DNA of 35,766 bases from assembly GCA_900617105.1 (NCBI GenBank), contig UYFQ01000305.1, positions 1 through 35,766 on the forward strand, given 5' to 3'. How positions within the stretch are numbered: the first letter of the stretch is position 1; each line of letters opens with the position of its first letter. Below, piece after piece: positions 8,801-21,512 of the stretch. The notes beneath the pieces were generated by a model that saw only the letters and a program-made list of their open reading frames with translations, had not been told where the DNA came from and made no database searches. The translations under genes were made by a program, and so were the position numbers. This DNA comes from Hydrurus foetidus (lineage: Eukaryota).

Positions 8801-11316
8801 AAATTTCGAACCTGCATCGATTACCGGCCACTTAATAGGTGTCTTAAGCCGGCCTCATTCCCGTTACCAAATATCAAACACCTCTTTGAGAGGATCGGTA
8901 ATAAAAAACCGGATATTTTTGGTGTGATGGATTTAACCGCTGGTTACCATCAAGCACCGTTACACCCCGCACACCGCATTTTTACGGCATTCATATGCTT
9001 TGCGGGGGTATTTCAGTTTACGAGACTGCCCTTTGGTCCGTGTCGAGCCCCCTCTTACTTTCAAGAGCAGATGGTAACGGCGGTCCTCTATGGCCTTATC
9101 TATCATTGTTGCGAGATGTATCTCGACGATTGTATAGTATATGGCAAGGGTGAAGCAGAGTTTCTTACTAACTTGAAAAAAGTTTTTGCAAGATTTAGAC
9201 TTAAGGGTCTAAGACTCAAAGCTAAAAATGCCGTTTCGGCCTTCCACGTATTGAATACGTTGGCAGAGTCGTTGACAAAGATGGTTTATCCATGTCAAAA
9301 GAGAAGATAGAAACAGTTTTAAACTTTTCTATACCTAAAAATTTAACCTTACTCAGGTCATTTTTGGGTTTAGCGAACTATTTTCGACAGTTTGTACCAA
9401 TGCATTCCACTTTGGTTAAGCCAATGCAGGATATGATTGATCACTCTGCTCCGAGACGTTCTGCTGTAGTTTGGACTCAAAAGAGCACCAACTCATTTGT
9501 TGACACAAAGATTGCTATATCTCGTTGTCCATTAATGTACTTCATTGATGACAATAAGTTAGACATCCGCTTGTATACAGACGCATCCGACTTTGGTATC
9601 GGTGGAGTCTTATTCCAAGTTGTTGGTGCCATTTGGCAACCAATTGCTTTCATTAGCAAATCGTTGACACCCACACAAATAAGGTGGTCTACGATACAAA
9701 AGGAGGCTTATGCCATCTTCTTTTGTTGTACACAACTCGATTATCTAATCAGAGATCGTACGTTCACTATCCATACGGATCATTTGAACATAACATATAT
9801 GAAACAAAATCCTACCTCAATGGTGGCGAGATGGTTCATTGCTATGCAAGAACTAGATTTTACCGTGGTATTCGTACCCGGTACTTCGAATGTTTTGGCA
9901 GACGCACTGTCAAGGCTTTGTCCTAATTTGACAGAAATTGCTCTGCCATTACGAACAGAAGAATTGGAATTACTTCCTACTTCATCATCTTCTTTCACTG
10001 TATCAGCTCTGACGGTCATAGAACCAGCTTCAGACGATCAGTTAGAATACATTCAAATGTGCCACAATGCAATTGTCGGTCACAACGGCGTAGACCGTAC
10101 CCTTACTCGGTTGTTTAGTTTACAACAAGTATGGAAACACATGAAACAACATGTACGTACGTTCATACAGAACTGTCCGTGTTGTCAAAAGTTGAGCGCA
10201 AAAGATCCTAAGATCAATGCGTCTCACTTTGCAACTTCAAATTATGCTATCTTCGATACGCTAAATGTTGACTATATTGGTCCATTTCCTGACAAAGGTT
10301 ATATCCTAGTCATCATCGATACATTCACACGATGGACAGAATTGTTCTGGTGTGCAGACGCAGATGCTAAATCAGCAGCTGACTGTTTGCTTGCGCATTT
10401 TGGTCGATTTGGTTCACCAAATATGATTAGATCTGATCGAGGATCACATTTCGCAAATGATTTGATCAAAGATTTCTTAGATCTTTGTGGGACACCACAT
10501 AATCTCACCCTTGCTTACTCGAAACAAGAGAATGCAATTGTTGAAAGAGTCAACAAAGAGGTGAATAGACACTTAAGAGGTTTAGTTTTTGATAAACAAA
10601 CCCTTGAGGGATATGCTAAGTCAATCCCATTCGTGCAACGTATCATTAACGGTTCAGTTAATAGACGCACAGGTGTCTGCCCCGCTCATTTACTGTTCGG
10701 GAACAAACTTGATTTGAATCGTGGTATTCTCACTCCACACTTAAGTGTTGGAACACATTCAAGATCAACGTACATATCAGATTTGATAAGTGTACAAGAC
10801 AAAGTACTTGAAACTGCGGTTCAAACTTTGTTAAAAGCGGATGCTAAAAATGCCGCGTCAGCTGAATCAGCGACTGTGTTCCCCGTGGGGTCATATGTCT
10901 TATGCCGATACACTGATCGACCTCCAACTCGATTACATACTAAGTGGCATGGCCCTTACTGTATTGTCTCCTTTAAGGGGTCCGAGTATGTTATCGCTAA
11001 CCTTGTTAACCACAAGACACGAAGTGTTCATGTCAAAAATTTGAAAATATTCAATTATGACCCAGAGGTAGATATACCTGCTGACACTGCTCGTCGCGAT
11101 TACATGGAGTTCGTGGTTGAGAAAGTTCTGGGTCACGCTGGTGACACCAAGAAACCGACTACAATGTCGTTCCATGTTAAATGGCTCAACTACGATGACT
11201 CTCATAATACATGGGAGCCGTGGAAATCACTACGGCTCTGTGAAGCACTCCATGATTATTTACGGGATAACAAAATGAAACATTTCATTCCCAGAAACAT
11301 TGAGACATCAGCCTAA
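5879..11316 (+). CDS. Gag-Pol polyprotein (gag with CCHC knuckle, protease, RT, RNase H, integrase, chromodomain), with four apparent 1-nt deletions
   Basis: CRSCGATSHNLADC zinc knuckle; AVMDTA...NFIS protease; RT motifs FRTCIDYRPLN, MDLTAGYHQ, LPFG, YLDD; RNase H motifs TDASDFGIG, QKEAYA, TDH, LADALSR; integrase H-H-C-C and D,D(35)E (VDY, SDRG, VERVN); chromodomain VEKVLGH...VKWLNY...NTWEP. Adding one base at each of ~7191, ~7280, ~8439 and ~9226 gives one ORF of about 1813 aa. Confidence 0.93.
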
Positions 11317-11644
11317 GTTGCTGATCTCGAACGTATTATCTTTTGAAGATTTTTCCTAATTTTTCCCTCTATGAGGTTTTTATGGTTTTAGTCAGTAAAA
11401 ATCTGACATAATTACGTATCGAGGTCTCGTGCGCAAGTACATGGTACTAGGCACCCACCTTGTCACCTTGACCGACCCACCACCCAGTCTATTTGTATAG
11501 ATTTTTATTTTTTTATTTTACATTTTAATGTATTATAAGATTTACATATTTGTAATCTTTTTCTTTATTCTCCCTTTAGTTAGTTTTAGTTGTATTAGAT
11601 TTTTGTACAAAACGTGGTGGTCGCGTCATAGGTTCTTTTTCTTC

Positions 11645-11667
11645 AGAAAAAAGATAAGTGGGGGTGA
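11645..11667 (+). promoter_or_regulatory. Polypurine tract
   Basis: AGAAAAAAGATAAGTGGGGGTGA immediately before the 3' LTR. Confidence 0.85.
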
Positions 11668-11875
11668 TGTGGTCGGACCGGCTATACCGGGCCTACGGGC
11701 CGTACCGGACCTTGTCCCGATCCATCCGATCCTACCGCCTACTGTACACATACATCTCTAGCGCAGCTGCTAGCTAGCTCTAGCCTACTCGTAGAAGTTA
11801 TCCTAGCTTCTAGCTCGTAGCCTTGTAACTAACTAACACCTCTCCTCTATCGACCTACTTCCTATCTGGACTACA
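11668..11875 (+). repeat. 3' LTR (208 bp)
   Basis: Direct repeat of 5109-5316. Confidence 0.97.
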
Positions 11876-11879
11876 CGGG

Positions 11880-12052
11880 TGAGCCCAGGCGCGCAAGCGC
11901 ACCCACTATGTAAGATAACACAGTGTTCATTTTATCACGATTTGCATTGACGGGGCACTTGAGGTGCAACGGAGTTCGCCGGGGAAAGACGACGTAAGGA
12001 TGCCATGGGACTATTTCCCCTATAGGGACTCAACTCAGATAGCGGAATAGAA
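11880..12052 (+). repeat. Split direct repeat B2, 3' part; 3' end of the YR retrotransposon
   Basis: Identical to 4433-4605; the match stops after GCGGAATAGAA. Confidence 0.95.
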
Positions 12053-13433
12053 CCAAGACAGAATTTTTTTTCTTCCAGTTTTTTTTCTTCCAGTTTTTCC
12101 CGAGAAAAACCAAAACCCAAAAAATCTAATCCCAAAAGCGACCCAAATAATACAGTAAAAAATAAAAAATGATTTAATTGGTAATTTGGTGTACTGAATT
12201 AACTTCTTATTGTACTGAATACAAATATTTGTTTACTGGCTTGTGAGCTGCTTTTTTTGTACAGCGATTTCTCATACTGAATTCATTTTTATAAAATTTA
12301 TATCACAACAAATTCATCTATTATTCTCATTTGTCAAGTTTAAGAGATGTAGGGAACAGGAACCATAGCATCCTGGATTGACTCGATACGAAATATTTCA
12401 CTAGCATATCGATAACGTAATTCAGAATGCTTGCAACTGAGAGCATTTTACACACGCATGTCTTCGTCATGCGCCCAATTTGGTTCGCCATCATCAGATT
12501 CCCCTGTAGCTCTTCATGTTGGACTCTCAAATTATTCAAAATTACCATTGGTAAATTCCTAGCAAGACGACCAGTGCCTGCGAGTGCACCGACTCTGGCC
12601 AGTACCTTCGCTGTAGAATGACCATATGCGTGCTGGTTATATTATGGTGCATGTAGGATAAATTGTGGTTGGGAGCTCAAGGGTGTCTTCGTAATGTGAA
12701 CCGGTCTGAGAAAGCCGATACCAGCATCTCGCACACCGTATTCTAAACTGTATCACTACTCCATAGTTGTTCGTTGCAACAATCACATGACAGAGCGAAC
12801 ATCATGCAGTTCTATCGTGACGCCATACCACCAACAGCCAGAATTCATTCTCGTTCTTTGGAGTTAAGAGCTATCTAAAAAATTCAACGACTCTTCGATT
12901 TCAGTGTCCTTAAAGTGCTGGTTGATGTAGCGAGTCAAAAATGTGAGAAAGAAAAAATCTAATAAAGAAAATCGCATCCACTTTAATTCCAACTTCTGTG
13001 ACCCCGAGAGAAGTAGAAGGAGAAGGAATAGGAAGAGAATGGAAGTAAATTAGTGACAGAAAGTGGCAGGCGCTATGGGAGTAGATTCTAGCTCAGCCTA
13101 CTAACTGACTGGGTTGCATCCGATAGACGTTGAATATGCTTGTACGTGGCGGGAACGGCATCTAAAAAGGCCGGAATGGACCGGAATGGACCGGAACGGG
13201 GATTGACACTGTAATTCCGGCCCACCTCCATTTTGAAAACGTCGCCATATTTTCTCGAAACACTGACGCACTTGTTATCTTCAACTTTTACCGGTGAAAA
13301 AGTAACTTCAATTATTTTCTTGGCTACAAATGGTGTTAATTTGTTGCACGCGTTGCAGCAAATCTAAGCTTATAGCACATCATAAATCTCACGCGAATCG
13401 TCAATAGATCTTTTAAAGAGGAGGCCTGTCAAG

Positions 13434-15381
13434 ATGATCTACAACGTCCAATTCATCGTGGTGATTTTTGTGTTGCTGGCTGTAAATGCTAAGGCTTTCC
13501 AGATGCAGTCGTCTAGAATGTCCAACAGTGGTTCTATGCGCATGGCACTCTCTGATTACAGAGAAGAGCTCGCCAGAACTGCTGCCGCTATCGCTGCACC
13601 TGGTAATTTCATTCTGCGAATAAACTCGAAGAGTGTCGAAATCCGCGATTCCCGTCCTTCTTACATAGTTTATTTTTGTCTCATAGGTAAAGGTATTTTA
13701 GCAGTGGATGAGTCCACGAAGACCATCGGCAAAAGACTACAATCTATTGGCATTGAAAACACCGAGGAGAACAGACAGACTTACAGAGGTTGGATCAAAC
13801 TATTGAAATCCCAGAATCCTCATCTACTTGAAGATTGATTTAGACGAGACTTAAAATAATGTTGCTGATACTCAAAAATGTTGCTGTCTGCAGGACTTCT
13901 TTTCTCCGCCCCTGGACTTGGCAAATATATTTCTGGTGCTATCCTATACGAGGAGACTCTTTTCCAGAGTTCAACTGAGGGCACACCATTTGTAGACCTC
14001 CTCAAGTCCAACGGATTGTTCCCAGGAATCAAGGTTGACACCGGATTACAGCCCCTCCCAGGAGCAGACCCCATTGAGACATGGTAAGCGCTACTGATGA
14101 ATCGAGACAAATAATCTGCAGCTACTGAATTCACTGCTTTGGAGTTTGATTCGAACTGCAAACGGAGGTCATGGCATTTATACGAATGTTACAGCTATTC
14201 ATGTTTATTTCGATCGTGTTTGTTCTGATAGGTGTACAGCTATTCATATTTATTTTGATCATGTTTGTCCTGATAGGTGCACTGGTCTTGACGGACTCAA
14301 AGAGCGCGCTGCTGCCTACTACGCACAGGGCGCCAGATTCGCCAAGTGGAGAGCTGTTCTGCAGATCACCGCTGATGGATGCCCCTCTGCCCTCTCTCTC
14401 CAGGAGAACGCATGGGGACTTGCCAGATACGCACGCGCCGTGCAGGAGTCAGGTAATGCTTGGGCAATATACTTCATTCGTCTTGAATTCATCAATCAAT
14501 AAATCCCTGCTCATGAAGAGAAATACAAATTGGAGGCGACATACTCAACTGCTATTCTGTCTCGCTCTATACTTATCTATGGAATCTAGGCCTTGTTCCT
14601 ATCGTAGAGCCCGAGATTCTCATGGACGGAGACCACAACATCGAGAGAACCGCTGAGGTGCAGGAGAAGGTCCTCGCCACTGTCTACAAAGCACTCTCAG
14701 ATAACGGTGTGTTCCTTGAGGGCTCTCTCTTGAAGCCTTCCATGACTGTCCCAGGAGCTGAGTGCACCGAGCCTGTAAGTCCACATCAAATTTAAATTGC
14801 ACTTTTTTTGTTTTACTTAGTATGTTTGATCCAAAATTGCATTCGAAGTCATCATTGCTATGTCTGAAGAAAGGTCTTCTCATTGATAATGAACAATCGG
14901 CCAATACAGTCCGCAGCACCCCTCGATACTGTTTTATTGGCACTATCATACGAATTTCTTATGTTTTCATTTCTAAAATTTCACTTCTTTTTTTCTCGCG
15001 CTCTTTTTGCTCATACTGCAGGTCACACCGCAAAAGATCGCCGAGTACACCATCCGTACTCTAGAGAGAACCGTCCCCCCTTCCGTGCCCGGCATCACCT
15101 TCCTTTCAGGCGGCCTGTCCGAGGAGGAGGCATCCATCTACCTCAACACCATGAACAACATCAAGCGCAAGGGACCATGGTCAGTTACCTTCTCTTACGG
15201 CAGAGCCCTCCAGCAGTCCACCCTCAAGACATGGGGCGGCAAGGCAGAGAACATCCCCGCAGCACAGCGCGCCCTTCTTGCCCGTGCCCAAGCCAACTCT
15301 GAGGCAAATTTGGGCACATACATTGCAGGATCACAGCCATCTGCAGACGGAACTCTTTTCGTCAAGGGATACAAGTACTAA
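13434..15381 (+). CDS. FBA: Fructose-bisphosphate aldolase class I, probably plastid-targeted; 6 exons (13434-13602, 13687-13788, 13894-14083, 14277-14452, 14590-14774, 15022-15381)
   Basis: Motifs [66 protein letters not shown] and C-terminal Y. GT-AG introns keep frame. N-terminal signal peptide ending AKA-F followed by an S/R-rich transit peptide. Confidence 0.96.
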
Positions 15382-16199
15382 ATTTGAAGCGCGCCTTCTT
15401 AGCCTTTGATGTGCTTCTGTCTTTTATTTTATTTAAATTTTTCCCTTTGTTATAGCTGTTACTTAGTCTTAGTGGTATGGTGAGATTGTTGTCGTATATG
15501 ATGCAAATCATGTCGAAATAGGAAAGTGATCATATGTATTATAATGATATCGTTTCTAGACGAAAAATGTATCTTCCTTCTCGATTCTCAATATTGCGAC
15601 TTATCATCGTGTTGGAGAAACCCTTTCCTCATGCAGATGAGCAATATGTCTCATAAAAAACTGTGGCATCCAATACAAAGCATCCTCCGAATTTCAAATC
15701 TTGCGTGTGAACATAATGCAAGGTGTCGTAGGAAATGACAGAGGTATGATATATCCCAATCACCAAGACCGATAAAATGCCACCTGCTGCCCTCTCCAAT
15801 CTCCAAGTCCTGCAAAAAATAAAGGAATCTTAAGTCGTGTGTCCGGTATAATAAAAATGGAGTAGAGCGGATCTCACAGTTCGAGTTCAAATTCGAATTT
15901 TGAAATATCCCTTTACCGTATCTCTTATCTCCTCCATAACAGTCAGAAATATTATCATTGTACTGCGGCTCGTCCGAAGCGTGAGTGGTTCGATTGGCCT
16001 CCCGAGCGTATCTGTGAGAAGCTCCGATAAGGCCGATCTTACTTGGCAGACTTCTTCTGTAATTGAGTTGAAGATTTGATCCAATATGCCATTTGAGGTG
16101 AGAAATTCTAGCTTTGGCGATGGTATCATCGCTCTCCAACCAGCGATCTGCTCTTCGTCATGATATGTCTCTAAATCAGGAACGGTGTTCATGCTTCCT

Positions 16200-18495
16200 A
16201 TGCAGGTTCATAGGGAGCCACTGTATCGGCGATACTATGCGCCATACATGTCAGGGGCGTGCCTCTACGCAGTCATGTTTTCATTTTTGCTCATATTCTT
16301 GCCGCTCATTCTCGCGTACAACTCCTCATGTAAGTCTACTATGATTGTGCGTCTGCAATATCTAGAATTTCCATTGAGAATAGTCAATTACGCGGATAAA
16401 GCTATTCTACTTCATTGTAACGATGATGACTGCTGCCGTGTTATGTTGTGAAGACAATGACATCAAAATAAAATCCGTATCTCTCAACGTTATTCGTATT
16501 GGCCCGTAGCATTTTGGTTGAAAGAGACTGTATATTTCGAGCAACCACAGGTCCAGTATAGATATTTCGCGATGGTTCAGCTTCTTGGCACTAAGTAAGT
16601 CATCACCGGATATTGACAATAGCCTGCTCTACCCCAGGGAATCTTAATCCTTGTGTTGCTACATGGACTTTCTTAACATGAGAATATTGTTGTTTTGATG
16701 ACACTCATAACAAGATGTGAGAACATGTTTAACACTAATTCTATTCATTTTCTGATCATTATTACAAACGTCCCAGGGAGCCCTCTGGCACCCCCTTAAA
16801 TTTATTCTACAGTACGTCACCGACAGTGTGTCAGCTGTATGAGAAGTACCTACGTATCCCAATACTGCGCAGTGCAGAACTTGATGACAACAGGGACGGT
16901 GTTATGGACCGATTAGAAGTGGGCGTTCAAATGCCCCTTGGGATCAATGAAACAATTACCCGGATGGACGCGTTGTTCTACCATACAGCAACGCTATCCA
17001 ACAAAGTCAAGTATACATTTGACGGTATTTCTTATGTAACATACGATGGTTCACACCCAGTTGGAAATGTACAAATAGACGGGGACATATTGTTTAGACA
17101 GACCTCAACACTGATAGCGAAAGGAGGGTAAGTACCATCGAGCCTGTTACCATTTTTCTCGCCACCGATTACTCTTGTTATCTGTTTTTTTCTCTCAAAA
17201 TCTTCTTGCGATGAATGTTATGATTCAAATCACGCAAGTGAAAATACCGTATTTTCGAAGAACTGTACACATGACACACAGCAGTGCACTAACAGCTTTT
17301 AATCGAACAGAATCTTTTATCTTACTACCAACAGATATCGTGTGCCCTATCAAAGGGATCCTCTTATTTCTATAGTCCAGGAATCTTCTATTGAAGAACT
17401 TTCTTTGAAGAAAATTTTAGCTGCTAGTGCTTCTCGCAATTGTAAGTACGCGCTGCACAATCGTATGCTCAACCAATGTTAGTTACCGACAGTTATATTA
17501 AAGACTAACATCAAATTGCGTGACTTCCTCTCATGCGTTTTCAGTGCATAGCTCTTTGTACATTTTCTCCTATGTCGTCTGAACACTTTCTCCTATCGAT
17601 CATTTTCTCTTACGTTCTTTGAACACTCTCTTTAACAACAATTTCCCCTTCGTTCCCTTATTTGAACAGTTTCACTGATATTCAATCCGTCCTATTCTTA
17701 CGCGGAACGTACATCCGTACTTACAAGCACCGACCCTCTTACACCCCGTTATTTTAACGCGACAATAACTCTTCGTGTTCCTGTGCAATCGATAAGGTAC
17801 GTAACATTTGATGGTATGCTAACATTTTTAATGTATTTTTTTCTGACATAGCACGCACACGTCATCTTCATCTTCAATACTTCTGTTCCTTCTATTTGTC
17901 TTCTACGTGTGTTTTCTAAATATCTTACTTTTCTTTATTTGGCCATGTTCGACATCTCACAACCCTTCATTTCATCTGTTCGTGAATTGCAAATTACAAC
18001 GACCATGCTGTAATCTCAAGTATCATCTAATTCTCGACTTCTACATCAGATACTCACCACCTACTTCCGAAGTTTTAAAGTTCGCTTGGATACAGTACAT
18101 CGCCTTCTTTGCCGTCATATCATTCCTTCTGTTCAGAATGAATTCATTTGTATTCCGCCATCAGGTACGAAAATGTGCACTTTATTTATTCATTTATCGA
18201 TCAATTTTTATTGATCATGTATATTTGTTCTGTGTGTTTGATTATTTATTCATTTATTTATTTATTTATTTGTTTGTTTGTATCCATTTAATTTTGCTGA
18301 AGCTTGGATTTTCTTACACTGTCCTTTTCTTTATTTGAGATTGACACTCATGCGTTGTTAACATACCCACTAAGTGCTTCTAGTGAAGAGTGAAACATAC
18401 CTCGAGTTTTCATTATCCTCATAACTTTTCCTCATCATTTTTAGTTGATATACACAAGAGCTGTAGCTGATATTGTTGTTGAAAAAATGGATTAG
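16200..18495 (+). CDS. TMEM231: Transmembrane protein 231 (ciliary transition zone); about 7 exons (16200-16329, 16510-16594, 16777-17127, ~17335-17441, ~17670-17796, ~18050-18164, 18445-18495); alternative ATG at 16191
   Basis: Family-like motifs HREPLYRRY, PLILAY...FWLKETVYFEQPQV, ELDDNRDGVMDRL and YSP...EVLKFAWIQY...FVFRHQ; two TM helices; canonical splice sites. Confidence 0.88.
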
Positions 18496-19153
18496 TGGAA
18501 TAGATTAATTCCAAGACTTTCAAACCTTCAGGAAAGTACGAAACAACATCGCTGTTGTAATGCATTTTTTGTTTATTGCATGATAAGCGGCAACCAGGTA
18601 TTTTATGTAGATTTTATTATCTTTTTATTATCAAATAATGTATAAATTTGTATTAGCAAGAAGCGGACTTTTTTTTACTCCGATCTGTATACGTGAGAAT
18701 AAATTGCTCGGATTGGGTGGCCCTTTGGAAGGTTATAAGTTATAGGATCTACGCAGCATTGGTTTGGTGATACATTTGAAATCTGCCCAAATATGGAGGT
18801 GAGCCGAACATTCTTCAGCTACAGAAAACTGTGAATAAACTAGAAGACGACCTCTTGCAACCCGGAATAACGAATAATCTGGTGCAGAGCGGACAGTACA
18901 AAGTACACTCGACGGCTTACGGCTAACGGTCAACGCCAGAGAGATCAAGGGGGTCTAAATCTTGATGGAACATTCGAAAAAAATTGCTGAGTGCAAAGTT
19001 AGGAGTTAGGAGGAGCTAGTTGATGAACCAAATGGATGCATGTTGCATCCCCAATCCCCGGTGTTGTACCACTGATCACGTAGACTTACGTTCCGTCGTT
19101 AGGATATCAAAACCATCACAACTTCTACTTCAACCGTCCAACACATCTCAGCG

Positions 19154-20653
19154 ATGACGGGGCCAATGTTCATTCTCTTTCTAGTCGCTTCTCTGCAAGT
19201 TGCCCTTGCTTTCACAACAGCCAGATCTTCTTTACGCAATGTCAGAAGCTCCATGAACATGGTTCAAAAAGAAGCTTTCCAGCTGGTTTTACTCAGACAC
19301 GGAGAGTCCAGTTGGAACAAGGAAAATAAATTCACCGGATGGTACGATTGCCCTCTATCCGAGAAGGGACACGCTGAGGCGGCGGCTGCTGGGGCATTAT
19401 TAAAGGAAGAGGGTACTACTTACTTTTGACGAAGCCTACCACCATTGACTGTAGACAAAATTCACAGTTTAATCTTTCTTTTTGCGCTATGACATTGTCA
19501 GGTTTTGTATTCGATGTCGCATATACCTCTTACTTAAAGAGAGCCATCAGAACTCTCTGGCACACTCTTGAACAAACCGAGCTGATGTACATCCCTATCA
19601 TCAACGCGTGGCAACTTAACGAGAGGTAACTGCCATCATTCCATCATTTCCTCTCTTTGAATCATCCACTCGTTATTGAACATTTATCTCCTCCTTTTCA
19701 AGCCTGAATATTTCTCTGCGACCGAAGCCCCTTACGTGACGCGAACTTATCTTTGGGTAAATTCTCATCTCTCGTCATTGATAGGCACTACGGAGCTCTC
19801 CAAGGACTTGACAAACAGGAAACTGTCGATAAATATGGCATCGATCAAGTCAACATCTGGTGCGTATAGTCGATGATCACCGAATATGATCAAAGTCTTA
19901 TCTAATGAACATCCGACACTCGATTCACAGGCGCAGATCATACGATGTCCCTCCTCCTGATGTTGATGTTCATTCGATCCACTACCCCGGAAATGATCCT
20001 ATGTACCAGCCAATTGCAGAGGCTAACACCGTCAAAGGGGAGTGTCTCGAGGTGACATACCTCGAACAGGAATAGACACTGCTACAATTTGTTCAACCTT
20101 GAAGTTCAACTGTTGTCTTCTTTTTATTTTCATTTTTGTTTGCACAGAAAACCTTGGAGAGAGTCCTTCCTTATTACCAGGGAAACATTCTCCCAATGAT
20201 CAAGTCGGGCAAACGTGTCGTCATTGCCGCACACGGAAACTCTCTCAGAGCACTTGGTGAGTTAGCGTGTCTCTTACATTATCTTCACAGACATACTCCT
20301 CAATCTTCTCTTGGAGGTCTACAATCACCTCATCTCATTCAATTACTTTGCACTTCTTCAGTGAAGTTCTTGGATAACATTCCCCAGGACCAGATCGCCG
20401 AACTAAACATTCCCACCGGTGTACCACTTGTGTACTCACTCGATGAAAACATGAAGCCCATCCCTCACGAAAATGCTATCGCCCCACTACAGGTGAAAAG
20501 AAATTCAAAAAACACTAAATTACGCCCTACATGAAGCCGCGTAACTTGACAATCACTCAACTGATGACTCCTGTCTGTTTCCAGGGCCGATACATCGGAA
20601 ACCAGGAAGACATAAGGGCACGTATATTGGGCGTCAAAAATCAAACGAAGTAA
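19154..20653 (+). CDS. PGAM: 2,3-bisphosphoglycerate-dependent phosphoglycerate mutase, probably plastid-targeted; 7 exons (19154-19412, 19502-19625, 19785-19859, 19931-20051, 20148-20256, 20362-20492, 20585-20653)
   Basis: Motifs [51 protein letters not shown] and [11 protein letters not shown]. Signal peptide ending ALA-F plus a transit peptide. Confidence 0.96.
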
Positions 20654-21139
20654 AAGGGTCCGTGACCGCCCTCTTTTATGTAGACTATCTTTCGAGTCCT
20701 CATTAATAAAGATTATAAATTACTACCATGCATTTACAATTTTGCAGCAACATAATCGGACGGTCATCGAATATCCTTTTTTTTCTTGGTTCTGCTAGAC
20801 GTGAGGCCAGTGTTCATAACATCTGTGAATCCTGATAAATCTCATTCAACTCTAGTGATCTTAGAAAAGAATGAAACAAGAAGTTCGCCTCGACAATATT
20901 TGGCACCCGAAACAATGAAGTCAATAACCAATAACACATACGGCAGACATCAATCTGTGTGAAGGAGAGTCAAAACCGTTTGATCTGAAATCGTTATTTC
21001 GAAATCACTGAAATAGAAAAAATGGATGGCGCCGCAAAGTCTCACAGTTGAGACTACTCCTTCCCTATCGATAACATGGGAGAGACACCTCTTAAGAAAT
21101 AATTTTCCTTCCGTCCCGCTGGACTTAATCTGATCGAAA

Positions 21140-21474
21140 ATGTCTCTTTACGGTGAACAGAAAGATGAGTTCGTAACTTCTATGGCGGCACTCTGCCTTT
21201 ACGATGGTGATGCCGAGATTACCTCTGAGAATATCTGCACCCTACTGGCAGCCACCAACAACTCCGTGGCACCATACTGGCCAGTCTTGTTCGCCGGTCT
21301 TTTGAAGAACGGCCGCATCGAAGAGCTAGTTTTCTCCGGAGGAGGAGGAGGCGGAGGTGGAGGAGGAGCCGCACCTGCTGGTAAGTATGAAAAAAAATGA
21401 CATGACTTAGAAGAGGAGAAGTCGAATAGCACATGCCACAAATCGTCTGATCATCTCGACTAATCCTGTAAAAC

Positions 21475-21512
<38 letters not shown>

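Larger units (their letters stand above)
5109..11875 (+). mobile_element. Full-length Ty3/gypsy chromodomain LTR retrotransposon (family 1)
   Basis: Two 208-bp TG...CA LTRs. CGGG target duplication at 5105-5108 and 11876-11879, with the empty site visible in B1 (CGGACGGGTGAGCC). Domain order gag-PR-RT-RH-INT-chromo; PPT present. Confidence 0.97.
79..12052 (+). mobile_element. Tyrosine-recombinase retrotransposon (DIRS order, Ngaro-like); 5' end outside the window, interrupted by gypsy insertions
   Basis: Order is gag remnant (CCCH finger), RT-RNaseH, tyrosine recombinase, then repeat B1 (4351-4605), spacer (4606-5026) and repeat B2 (5027-5108 + 11880-12052). Split direct repeats and no methyltransferase ORF fit Ngaro rather than DIRS1. 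Confidence 0.88.

Noticed and set aside
4351..12052. Treating the 255-bp repeats as conventional LTRs
   Set aside because: Both copies lie 3' of the ORFs, lack TG...CA ends and accompany a tyrosine recombinase, so they are split direct repeats.
12327..12850. Possible gene fragment in short ORFs
   Set aside because: No coherent exon chain or recognisable protein.
13171..13200. CCGGAATGGA x3 upstream of aldolase as a regulatory site
   Set aside because: The short tandem repeat is real, but there is no evidence of function.
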